From Octopus vulgaris (taxonomy: Eukaryota), in assembly GCA_951406725.2 (NCBI GenBank), contig OX597826.1, forward strand, positions 34,596,001 to 34,660,000: a DNA stretch of 64,000 nucleotides. The letters are read 5' to 3'. Positions 40,400-52,842 of this stretch are shown piece by piece. The notes beneath the pieces are model-generated. The model was not told the DNA's origin and searched no databases. It worked only from the letters and a program-made list of their open reading frames with translations. Position 1 is the first letter of the stretch. Each line of letters starts with the position of its first letter. A program made the translations under genes and the position numbers.

Positions 40400-41477
40400 C
40401 ATTTGTAGCATCAACTTCAAACACAATATATTACGGACCAAACAGAAAAAAAAATGAAAACGAACTGTAGCTGGAACATTAGGAATCCCCTACGATTGTA
40501 ACAATAAAATTTAACCATTCGCAATCCTCAGCACATTCTCCATCACGTACAATATCGGAAGAAAAAATTCTCGGATGAATAATGGACAGGGAGAAACACT
40601 TGTTTTAGAAACCCGAGACGTTGCTCTGTAATGAAGGATTTGAATATCTGTTAACTCTCCAGGGGGTTTCTGTTATTGTTCACAAAGTTATTGAGTCAGT
40701 CATTGGAAATGGATTGATTTGTATTCCAAGAGGCCCACAGCTCTTATTTCAGTAGCTGCAATGTACCGAGGGAACAGGTGGTGGGGACGCAATAATTCGG
40801 TTTAGGGTCTGTCTCTATTAGTTTTATGTACGTAGTTTTATATATATATATGCGTGTGTGTGTCTGTTTGTGACAGAGTGTGTGGATGTGTGTGTGTGCG
40901 CTCGCGTGAGTGTGTGTGAGAGGGTGTGTGCGCGCGCGTGTTTCGACCTATATTTGTGTACTATATATTATATATTCATTGTTTTATATACTTATATACG
41001 CTTCTGCAGCAAAGAAAGCCGCCCCCAAAAAAATAAAGCTGTTTACTGCGTTACTCAAGCAGCAAAGAATAATTGCTTGTTCCTTTTACCTTTTTCCTGG
41101 CTGCTCATGTGTATGTTTGATTGTTCTCAGGTGTAGCAGAATGGCTGAGTTCTTGTTTTCCCAATCATTGATTTCTCCAGATTTTAAACAAACATCAGAT
41201 GTCTTAACCAAATGAATTTTTCCTTCGCTTCGCTTAGCTTAAATGCTTGTCAATGCAATTTCACGAACATACTGTGGTATAGACCTACCCGGATAAAAGA
41301 TGCGTTGTGTTATGTGTGTGTGTGTGTGTGTGTGTGTATACACGTACGAATGTATTTATGCTGTGTGCAAAGAAATATATATATGAGAAGTATTTAAAAT
41401 TCAGATGAAGTAGGTACTTAAGTTGAAGCAGCAAGTCAGTCCGATATTATCCACACAGCTCGAAGTAAGGTGAATAA

Positions 41478-41875
41478 AATCAAAATAAGTAACAGAATGT
41501 TAAGTAGTAATGCAGTACGACAATTTCCAGCGGGTCTATTTTATTGAACAATGCAATTATTACATCAATTTAAATACAGCGCTACCTTTAGATGCATAAA
41601 TATGAAATTTCAACAAACACGATAAGTTAATATCATTTTTCTCTTAGATATTTTTGCTACAATAGTGACAACATTAAATTCTTCCATCTTCTTGCTCTGT
41701 TACAATATTTAAGAAAAATCATATTACTATATCTTGTCTGTTGAAATTCCGTATTTGTGCAGCTGAAGGTAGCGCTGTATTTAAATCGATATAATGATTG
41801 CATTGTTCAGTTAAATGGAACCTCTTGAAACGGTCGTACTCATTACTGCTTGACATTCTGTTATTTATTTTGATT
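41478..41875. repeat. Inverted repeat with about 155-bp arms and about 90-bp spacer
   Basis: 41478-41632 versus the reverse complement of 41722-41875 (e.g. atttaaatacagcgctacctt / aaggtagcgctgtatttaaat). Confidence 0.85.
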
Positions 41876-42339
41876 ACTAATACATTTGTTTGTTTGTACT
41901 CCACCTTCCTTCGTCTTTTGTTTATTTTCGTAAACCTTACCATTACTATAACTGTTTCATACTACATGCATTATATACGCTACTAACAGATTTATTAAGC
42001 GCTGATTAAAGTATCCAACCAAGAAGTTTAAGTTTAAAAATAGGGCAGGTGTGAAGCGATCCTAATGGAAGATTCCACCAAATTGGGCGAATGATTAATA
42101 AAAAAACAAAGAAAAAGATTCAATAAATAATGAATAAATAAAAATTTAATATAAATTTTAAATATATATCAAAATATATTCTTTTAAACTATAAAAGCCC
42201 GAATGAACATGAAAAGTACGAAGAAAATAGAAAACGTGGATATAAATACAAAATACTAGTCTCTCATTAGATGGAATACTCTTTTTATTGATGTTTACAG
42301 GAATTAATTACGTGTATAATATATATGTATGTATGTATG

Positions 42340-42396
<57 letters not shown>

Positions 42397-42397
<1 letters not shown>

Positions 42398-42710
42398 TCT
42401 TTTGCTTTTTAATCTTTTATTTGTTCAGTCCATTAGACGGCAGCCATGCTGGATCAGCGCGCCTTCAAGAATTCTTAGTCGAATGTATCAACCCCAGTAT
42501 CTGATTTTTCTTTAAAGCCTGGTACTTATTCTAAGTACCGCTAATTTATGGGACGTAAACTCACCAGCACCGGTGACCAAGCGGTGGTGGAGGGACAAAC
42601 ACAGACACACACATATAGATATATACATATATTTGCGACAGTGTTCTTTGAATTTCTGTCAACGAACCCCCTTCACAAGGCCCTGGTCAGCCGAGACTAT
42701 AGTAGAAGAG
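42397..42710 (-). mobile_element. Family C SINE, 3' portion (degraded)
   Basis: Matches 13210-13515 in order ('gccatgctgga', 'agcctggtacttattcta', 'gggacgtaaac', 'gactatagtagaaga'). Confidence 0.75.
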
Positions 42711-44604
42711 TTAATAGACCATGTTCTTGAGCAAAATACTTCATTTCACGTTGCCCTGAGATCACTTCGACACCAGGCAACGTCGATTTGATGGAGGGAG
42801 TTAGCTACCCTGCGGCACGATTATTGGATCACTATAAACAATTTATTTGTGCTTCTCCTTCGGCAAAAGCTGAATCCCCCTATTTCATCTTCGACGGGAG
42901 AGTCCATAATCCCCCACCACCGCCACCACACACGTATGTATGTACTTGTATATATAATATTGCTTCTGTTCAGAACATCACTTGTTCAAACTTCCCATCA
43001 AACACCATTAATTTACAGTATTGACTTTTGATGAAGCCTAGCTAGTCTTTCAGTTATACAACTCGCTAAGAGACATTAATAAACCTAGAGGTGATTTTTA
43101 TTTTCAGGTTTGCTGTAACTCTGAAGTAAAATTCAATGTTAACTAATATTTCCAGTTGTGTATAAGTTTAACAATGGTTGCAGGGCGAGAAAGTTCTCCA
43201 TGGATTAAAAGGTGTTTATATGAATGTAATTTCGTTCTTGTGAAATCACTTAAAGGTACAATTTCCTTACGTTAACCCCAACTTTGGAACTTCATGACGA
43301 GAGGTCACCAAACTCACAAATAATGAAGATGCTATCGCTTAACGGAACCGAAAGATTGCTGTAGAGATACGAATAAATGAGATTTTGGAAGATATTAAGT
43401 GGTGTTCTCAAACGATTTGTTGAAGTGTTGCCTCACCATCTATATCGGAACGTTTTCTGCGATAAATAACACATATATTCGCAACCTCATGCACACATTG
43501 TCACACTGACACAAACTCAGAGACATGCTCATGCACTATGTATATGTATGTGTCTATTATTTTTCTCCTCAAACACATTTGTACTGGAAGTAGGTAGAGT
43601 CTCATACAAGTCACGTGAATGTAAAATGGACAGGATTACACCTCCAAACAAGTGTTTCGTTCAAGAAGCACCTTAATCAGTCGAATTCTTTAACAGATTG
43701 AGAAGAAGAGTGTCCATCAACAAATCTGCAATATTTTCAGAATATATTTGCATTTCCGGCAATACCGTTATAAACCTGTCATAAAACAGTAAGATGCTCC
43801 TCTGATAGGTTTTGATTAATGCCTTCTATTTGACTGGAAACCAACTTTTACAAGGACATTTCTTGTTAACGTGAGCTATTTTTAAAAACGTTCGTCTTGA
43901 ATTACAGTTATATGCGAAGTATGGCGTCTTTCACATTGCTTTCAGTATATGTGGTAAGGAAAGAAACCTCGCATATAATGTTATAAAATAGTAATGTTAT
44001 GTATTCAGTTACTTGAGCACATTTTCGACTTCGTTGGATGCGGACCAACAGGCATTTAACATTATAGTTCTTAATGACACGGTATCAATCGGTAACCTTT
44101 CAATGATTACTGCGTAGTGACACAGTTCGTTTCCTTTTGTCATATTAAGAAAAAGAAAATAACCTAATGTAATTCATTCGCCTGTCAAACACGACCCGAC
44201 ATACATTCTAACACAATAACTGATTTAAACTATTAATAAGATACAAAAACTTTCAGTGACAGACAAAGAAATATATAAATAAATAAATGAATATATAAAT
44301 AAATAAACAAAGAATGAATGAATTAATGCATGAACCAGAGACAGTAAGTGAAAATATTTTCCCCACAAAATTTTAGCAAGTTGATATATGTAGAGTGAAA
44401 AATTATAAAGAGAAATACAAAAGAATCTGGGAAATATTCGCATATTCCTGATAATACATACAAGTACTTCTCCATAGGGCCTCACTTCTTCCGCTTTCAC
44501 ATAGCACACACGCAGACTCACAGGTCAACAACGCACGCAAGCGCACGCGGAGGCATGTATGTTTGTATGTATGTATGTATATATTTATCTCTCTCTATAT
44601 ATAT

Positions 44605-44792
44605 ATATTCGCCATGATATATCGGTAGCTATTTCACACATTTTTTCTCTCCATGTGTCTTTCTGTGTTCCTTTTTGTGGAAGAGCGTAGGCTCGAAACG
44701 TTAAAGACTTTTTCAATTCCCGAGCGTTATACTAATACATCTGTTTGTTTTCTACACCACCTGTCTTCGTTTATTTTTTCGTGAATTCTCCC
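44605..44792 (+). mobile_element. Penelope-like terminal-repeat relic with hammerhead-like motif (44671-44706)
   Basis: cttt TTGTGGA A GAGC gtag GCTC GAAA CG TT aaag. The tail is shared with 25020-25110 and 41876-41940; flanked by (TA)n. Confidence 0.55.
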
Positions 44793-44844
44793 TATATATA
44801 TATATGCCTATATGTTTTTATATATATTTGTGTGTGTGTATATT

Positions 44845-44885
<41 letters not shown>

Positions 44886-45213
44886 TAGTAATGCAATACT
44901 AGAGTATTGCTTTCCAGTAAAGAATAGCCCGTGAGGAAAAATATACAAAGAAGTAAATATATGGCACAACGAAGTACCGATATTTACTGGAAATAGCGAA
45001 CGTAATAATACGACGCTAATGTATAGCTCACCGCATATGTACTAGCAAAATGCGTGAGTGCAACAAACTTGAAAAAATGTCTTATATGAAAGATGAAATA
45101 TAGAAAAGGATATGTATATCCTTTTCTAGGTATTTCATATGGATATTTTTATATATATATATATATATATGTATTTCCAGTAAATATCGGTATGTGTATT
45201 TCTCTCTCTCTCT

Positions 45214-45284
<71 letters not shown>

Positions 45285-45427
45285 GTGTGTATATATATAT
45301 ATAATGTACATTTAAACACAAGAGAAACTACCTTTAACCGGTAATTTTACATGCTAGAAGAAGCAGTCAAAACGACGAAAACCATCTAAAGGGAATAAAA
45401 AATAAAAACTCTTACCTTGTTATTTTT

Positions 45428-45502
45428 TACCGTTATACATAGGTTTCAAATTATTTTAGTAAATAAAATAATAAGCTACGCAAAATTCTCATCAGTAAAT
45501 GC
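45428..45502 (-). ncRNA. Type I hammerhead-like motif with intact core, within a probable Penelope relic (about 45340-45740)
   Basis: Minus strand: tta CTGATGA GAATT...(AT-rich insert)...AATTT GAAA C ctat G TA taa. Confidence 0.55.
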
Positions 45503-45875
45503 GCCATAACATTAACATATAATTTAGAAATAAATAACACGTGTCTCATCATTATATGCTATAATTTTTCAAATTCGCCGCGCAAGCGCAGTTTCAGTTG
45601 GCTGTATTTGTAATTTGCTGAACTGTTTTTTTCGAAATGCTAAAATCATATACGTAAAAATATATAGGGTAGCGAATATTTTTAGAAATATCACTACCAG
45701 TGGCCTAGCATGTATAAAAAGTCAATAGACGACATATTCTCGATATAAAACAGTGTACATTATATATATATATATATATATATACATACATACTTCTACA
45801 CATATCGGAACATTAACAAATCTTAACTAAGACAAATGTATGAACATATATAATATTAAATTATATATATATAAC

Positions 45876-46008
45876 ATTGCTTGACAACCAATGCTGGTGT
45901 GTTTACGTCCCCGTAACTTAGCAGTTCGGCAAAAGAAACCAATAAAGCAAGTACTAGGCTAGCATGGCCGCAGTCAATAGACTGAAACAAGTAAAAGTGT
46001 AAAAGAGA
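45876..46008 (+). mobile_element. Family C SINE 3' fragment
   Basis: 'gcttgacaaccaatgctggtgtgtttacgtccccgtaacttagc...gactgaaacaagtaaaag'. Confidence 0.8.
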
Positions 46009-46010
46009 GG

Positions 46011-46061
<51 letters not shown>

Positions 46062-46157
46062 GAAAGATTATTACATCTACAACATACTGGCAACTATATA
46101 ATACTCACACACACACATATATGTACATATATATATATATATATGTATGTATGTATA

Positions 46158-46211
<54 letters not shown>

Positions 46212-46220
46212 ACTTTTTAC

Positions 46221-46256
<36 letters not shown>

Positions 46257-46285
46257 GTATATGTATGTATGTATATGTATGTATG

Positions 46286-46317
<32 letters not shown>

Positions 46318-48638
46318 TGTATGTATGTATGTATGTGTGTATGTTGGGCAAAACAATACAAGCACAACAACTACAAATGGAAAGTGATCGGAAATTCCGT
46401 TACCGTTTAACGTTTCGTGAATGACACATCTTTCCTTACGACATATCTCGAGTTTCTAATATTAGTTCTTTTGTTCAACGAAGCTAACGACAGAGATTGA
46501 TGCAATCATTACTTTCTACTTGAATGAACTGTAGTTCGGAAGCCAAGCGATTAATTACCATCTGTATGGGGGTCACCACTGAATACAATAGAGTGTCTGA
46601 TAACTATACATGCTTACTACTTAGTTTATAAGTCTGGCTATTTGAACTACTCATGACAGATATTTCTGTACATTAAAACCTCTTGTTTATTCAAAGAAAG
46701 TCTCTCTCTCAATGATAGTTTCCCTCTCACAAAGAAAATCTCTCTCTCTCTCTCTCTCCGTCTCTGTGTGTATACATTTGTGTATGCATATGTTTGTGTG
46801 TGTGTGTGTGTTTGTGTATGCGTGACAGTCCCTGTGTGTGTATGTTTATGTATACCCACGTATATTATGTATCACTTTCTATACTTCTCGATGTTTGGGT
46901 TGATGTTTTTCATTAAGCCTTCCATATTTATAATGTTTCGCAACCAGTGCAAATGATACTGTCACTCTCATCACTGTCGTCGTCCAGCCCTCGGTCATCC
47001 CTTACCGCCCGGCCTAACACTAGATGCTTGCTACTCGCGGCCATCCGGTTCTTTTCGTGTGAGATAGTAGAGCTAAATTATCGAACGTATATCCTTCCTT
47101 TTCTTAAAAGACGGTGAAGTGTGATTTGAAAAATATATCCCTGTTGTTTCTATGAGATTCAATGACCACATTGTATCTCTGTCATTGTTCTATATCTTTC
47201 TGTTACTGTTATTGTTTTTGTTGCCGCTTAATTCTGATCCAAGTGATGTATATGAAATGTATTCTAGGCATGACTATTTCATCTATTCGTGTATTTTACA
47301 TACAGCCCCAGATTGTTTTGGCCAATAAAGAAAAACAAAAGCGTATGATTTGAGGGCAAGTTTGCTGCTTTTTGTAGTTTGGCAATTTAACTCCTATAGA
47401 TGATCTACCGTTAATAACTCCACCATTAGGACTAAAGAACAACTCCATCATATTCACATGAAAGTGGACCTATTCATTGAAATAAGAAACATTTCTTTGC
47501 TCAACACTCACGTCTACTGTTATTTTCGATTTTTCCCCACGCTCTACCTCCTTAATCATTTAGGTTCGATCGATCATTTAGGCGAACGCTAATGATCCTC
47601 TTGTCGAACAAATATTTGAACAAAGCATTGCTTAAAATTTGCGCACTGGCTTATTAGCATAAATATATTGCTACATTAAATTGTGGCTTCGTTTTCACAT
47701 AACCTCTTTGACATGAGGAGTCAAGGAGTTCTTGTCGAGTTCATCCTTCCGTTGTTATGTAGTTTCTAATCGAGTCTTGTTATTCATTTAACTGATAATA
47801 CTGTCCCTCCTGATGCAACTCTTTAATGATGCACCAACTATTATTTCTCACTACCTTTCGTCTCTCCGATTCCATTCACTCTTCTTCACATAGTAATCGG
47901 ACAGAAAAGATGTATTTTCACATCGATTTATGCAAACTTCACTCATACACGCATCCATGACTGACTCGTAGCTTATGAACCGAAATAAAATAGTTCACTG
48001 TATGTCACCATAATGTCTGACACGTATGTGTCAAGGGCTTCGTCACGAATCTTCAGCCGTCGGCTTTTCTTGACTTTGCACCTGTACATACACAACACTT
48101 CGTCGTTTTGCTGCCGATTTTAGAAGGGAAGGGCTATGATAGATTACCTGTTACTACGAATCTTCCAATCTCACATGTTTTCTCTTCTATGTTGTCAAGT
48201 AAAATTGTTCCCTGCTGCTTTTGAATTCTGAAAAATATATTCGATTCTGCGTTGTCTCTGCTCTTGCGTTGTTAATATTCTTGCCGTTCCAGTTCCACTT
48301 GCTGAAGGTAATAATGGAAGTGGTGCGTGCCGTAACTGTGGCATTGTTGGGGTCAGCTGGGATTATTGGAAAGTCACTTTGTTGGTAATAGTAATATCCT
48401 TGCCGATGCTGGAGCAGCTGGTGCTGTGGCTGCTGGTTGTGCTCACGGTGCTTGAGAATGTCACAGCAGTTCTCATCTAATACGGTTCTGTAGCACCGAT
48501 ATTGACTGCTCTGGTATTAATTGTAATTTTGATCCCTACTGCTTGTTTTGTATGTGATAGGGGGGTTGAAGTAACCATGCAACTGCTATACTTATTACTT
48601 CACAGCTATTGTTACGATGGCTACCATGTTTATATCTA

Positions 48639-48705
<67 letters not shown>

Positions 48706-48709
48706 TATC

Positions 48710-48768
<59 letters not shown>

Positions 48769-48959
48769 AGAGAGAGAGAGAGATATTATCAATTGTTTTG
48801 CAAAAATAAACATTTCTTTGTTAGACGAAGGCTATTCCAGCACGCCCTAGAAAGTGGACGATAAAAAGCGGTCCTTTCTTCACACTGGTGACCTATTCCG
48901 TTACAAGACTATCACAAACGCGGTTGAGAAACTTCAATTATAATTGAATACAACAGTGA

Positions 48960-49230
48960 AAGACAGCAAGTAGTTTAGTGAGAAAGCAAGTAGTCGTTAG
49001 CGGTATTTGGTGATGTTGGCAGTTGCAAATTGGCCGGAAGGTACAGAATTTCGATTCACATTCATGAAGCGCCATTTCTGATCCTGCTGCATGGCTTGTT
49101 AGGCCATTTTTCATTAGCCTATGATGGACGCATATTATGCGAGTGGAAATGTAGAAACGGGGGCTGTATGGAAGCTCGTTAGCTGGATTGTAGCTGCAAT
49201 TTAGAAGTTCTGAAAGTTCCATTAAGGGTA
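48960..49230 (-). pseudogene. Possible decayed LINE AP-endonuclease relic
   Basis: LLNCSYNPANELPYSPRFY resembles ISxYAPT..E..FY; NCQHHQIPLTTTCF resembles FCxxHxLxITNTFF. Weak similarity only. Confidence 0.3.
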
Positions 49231-49897
49231 CAAATGATTGTAGAATACTCAACCCGACACAAGATAAGTCAGTTAGACTTGTAAATAGCACAATTGAACA
49301 CTCGTGCACGGAAGTTCCGACCGACATCCATTTACTGCATTTAGTAATATGTTTTTTGCTGTTGCTGTAGTTGCATTACAGTAGCTGCGGCAGTTGTAGT
49401 GGTAGTAAAAGTAATGATGGTGGAAACGATACTGATAGCTGTATTATAATTTCTAACACTAACATAAATTTTGTGGTGGAAGGGGATTATTGCCGTAAGT
49501 CTAAAAACTATTAATCTGGTACTTTATTTTATCGATCTTTGAAAGATAATAAATGAAGCTGAACTCGGCAGGGTTTTAAAAACACAATGCATAAGCAGCA
49601 GCTGTAACTACGTACTTTGTTCAATGCTCTCTAGATTCTGCAGTAAATATAATAATTAAGTCGTATACAGTCACACCAAATTTATTTAGGAGACGACTGC
49701 CTAGATTATAATGGGACCAGAGGCATAAAAGTCAAAAGAATGTCCCGACGGAATTTGAACATAAAACATAATATAGAACATGTGTTTTGTCTACTGCGCC
49801 GGTGTTTCGGTCACACCTTCGGCCATCTTGCCTATCTCTGTGATCTAATCATTACAAACAATGGATTTTCTGACGCTATTGTCATTGTTGTTGTCGT

Positions 49898-49928
<31 letters not shown>

Positions 49929-50615
49929 CCTGCTATTGTAGTTGATGTTATGGTTACAATTACTTGTCTTCCCGGTGGTGTAAGTGATGTTGTTATTATT
50001 GCTTTTGTTGTTGCTAGAATAATTCCTTTCCCTGGTGCTGTTATTGTTGTTATTGTAATAGTAGTCTCCGTTATTTTAATGTTTTTTAATGTTGTTATTG
50101 TTGTTGTTGTTGTTGCTGTTGTTTCTCCTCCCGGTACTATAATTGTCGTTGCAGTTGTTACTTGCTATCACAAATTTCCTGTCGTGTCAAATAACTATTT
50201 ATCAAAAGCCAGTTTCTGTTTGAGTTAAGTATCCTTCATGCCAAAATACACTAAATGATGTGCCAACCATGGTTAGTTTTCCAGCACCATTTCAACCATT
50301 CGGCCTCTTTAGAGCTTCAGCAGCTAATTGTTTCAACGCTATCAACAACAAAAGCTGTTTCCGTTCTTCCTCTTCACACACCAACACAATTCTACCAACC
50401 ATTGAGTAATTTGTTATCATATTCACTTAGCTTCCTACACAAGCTTTTGATAAACTCGAGACGTGTTGCGTATGATTTCTTCTTAGTACTATTGTGAAAA
50501 CGAAAACTGCGTCGTCCATTTCTTAGTAATGACTCTTGGCAATAAGATCTGTTAATATATTGCCAACCACCATAATATACATTTTAGTGAAGGTGGTGGG
50601 AATACAAGACATGGT

Positions 50616-50958
50616 CGTTATTTACATTATTTACATTTGACGGATATCTCTCCTCATCTTGTTTGTTGTTAACACAATAATTTTGGCTGACAAACCCTCC
50701 AGCCTTCATCAGGTGTCTTGGGGAAATTACGAACCTGGCTTCTCATTCCTAAGGTAGTTTTCGATGTTGTTTATTATTATCATTATTATTATTATTATTA
50801 TCATTATTATTATTGTTGTTGTTGTTCAGGTCACTGCTTGGAATCGAACTCGGAATCTTAGGGTTAGTAGCCCGCGCTCTTAACCCCTACGCCATATGCC
50901 CACGGGCATAATAATGTAAATAATGTACATAATTCCTCATCTCTTAAATATAGAACTG
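50616..50958 (-). mobile_element. tRNA-headed retroposon with hammerhead-like motif, 13-bp TSD and terminal inversion
   Basis: TSD tacaagacatggt (50603-50615 and 50959-50971). Minus-strand tRNA head 50900->50830 (A box 'tggcgtaggggttaagagc', B box 'gagttcgattcc'), (AAT/AAC)n linker, then acac CTGATGA A GGCTG..CAGCC AAAA..TT gtgt. Confidence 0.8.
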
Positions 50959-51242
50959 TACAAGACATGGTGTTATAAATTTAACCTCCTTTTTCCCCAC
51001 AGGTAATGGCAGTTAATTGCTTCTACTGATCTTCGATACTTTTTCTTTTATGCAAGAATTTATCTCCAGGAGATCAAATCCTACTGCATTTTAATTAATC
51101 TTCCACCATCCAGATGATATATAGTAAGACACAGTAATTTAAAGTGCCGGGTTTGGCATAAACCTGCATATCGATTGGTCACGAGAATTAGGATAAACGT
51201 ATACGAGTAACTAGATTACTCAGCCATTTACCCGCTTATACA

Positions 51243-51695
51243 TTATCATCGTCATTGTTCGACCGTGGTCGAACAATGGAATTTACCATGCTACGCCAGA
51301 CTTTACGGTCCATCATAGCATTACGGAGGTCCTGTTGCTGGATGCATGTATCCCTGGAGATTACATCAGGGTAGGCGAGTGTGCGCCCTCTGGTGTTGCG
51401 AGTAGATGGCTTCCAGAGGAGAAGAGTAGAAATTGCCTCGTTTTCAGCTCTACAACAATGTCCAGCAAACTGGACTCTCCTACCTTTCACAAGAGATGAC
51501 ACGGTGGTAGTTTCTCATATATTTGCATTTTGGTTGGATGACGCTTCCACGAGAGATTTTGAGCTCTCATAAGGAGGCGAGTGTAGGTTCCATCCAACCG
51601 CCTCTCAAGCTTCTTTGATAACGTCCAGGTTTCTAAGCCATATAGTAGAATTGGTTCGACTGTGGCTTTGAAGATTTCAAGTTTGAAGTCTCTAC
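51243..51695 (-). mobile_element. RTE/RTEX-clade LINE 3' fragment
   Basis: FKATVEPILLYGLETWTL...RRVQFAGHCCRAE...GRTLAYPDVI...MMDRKVWR, ending in a GAT-type tail. Confidence 0.88.
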
Positions 51696-52730
51696 TTATA
51701 CATTAAATCTGTTGTTCTGCTGATCAAATAACTGAAAATTTCATCGTCGCAAGCAGCTGTATCATTGTTGTTAGTGAGGATCCTCAATAAACACTTGAGA
51801 ATGCATAGACAAATGGATAAGTATAAGATACTGTAGTTAATGGTGCATATACTTTGACAGTACTGGTATGTGGCTATGAGCAAACACTTAAGTGTAGGAA
51901 CACAAACAAACGGAATGGCCATATGAATTGCATATTGTCCTCTACAATTTGTAGGATGTTACTACATGATGTCGCAGAATATCAGTGCATGATATTGAAC
52001 ATCTAAGGTGTATGTAACACGCCATGAAAACTTGAAAATGTTTGAGTCTTCCGATTGTTTCGATTGAGCGCGTGTCATATTGTTTTCCTCCAATTGTTTC
52101 AATGCCGCGAGGAGCTGAAGACGGTGGCTCAACCTCTTGAGTTGTTCCTGATCGTCTTATATAAGAAGACCCATTGGAAATTTCGATCACCGCTTTGAAG
52201 AATTGGATTGAGAGTCATACTGAAATGTGTTGACCATAGTCCAATTGACTAGGACTGACCGGGTACCAAGCACCACCTCGAGGAACGATTTCTCCACTGA
52301 CCATCCCATTGAATAAGTATGAAATATTTAATTATATTTTAAGGATTTAGTGAAATTTGTATCGTGCTAGGGCCATAAAAAATCGAAGGACTCCGCCTGT
52401 CTGATTTCTCTCAATATACATGACGCTAACACAGAGTCTTCAGCAGCTATTGGATGTTTCAGGGATATATTCCAATTAAAGTGAGTAAAACTTAAGAGAA
52501 GAACTGTATTAGTTAGGGACACAAAGTTCTATCAATGGTAGCATATAAACAGCTGGCATCTAGATTTGGTCATTTGAGATTTTACACATTCACACGATGT
52601 AAGGAAGTTGTAAGAAAGAAAGGAAAGCCAGCAGTAACATACAGACCACTGAATTCTAGACTCAGTCATCTGCAGTATTGCACAATCATGATACAGGAAA
52701 ATCTGCGCATGGGTGTGTGCATGCATGTAT

Positions 52731-52782
<52 letters not shown>

Positions 52783-52808
52783 AAAGATATATGTATGTAT
52801 GGTATGTG

Positions 52809-52842
<34 letters not shown>

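Noticed and set aside
43025-43083. Hammerhead-like 'ttgatgaagcctagc...gctaagagacattaataaa'
   Set aside because: Both core halves are mutated and the stems are poor; it cannot be supported.
46400-46440. Minus-strand 'gatgtgtcattcacgaaacgttaaacgg' hammerhead half
   Set aside because: The CUGANGA half and stem I are missing.
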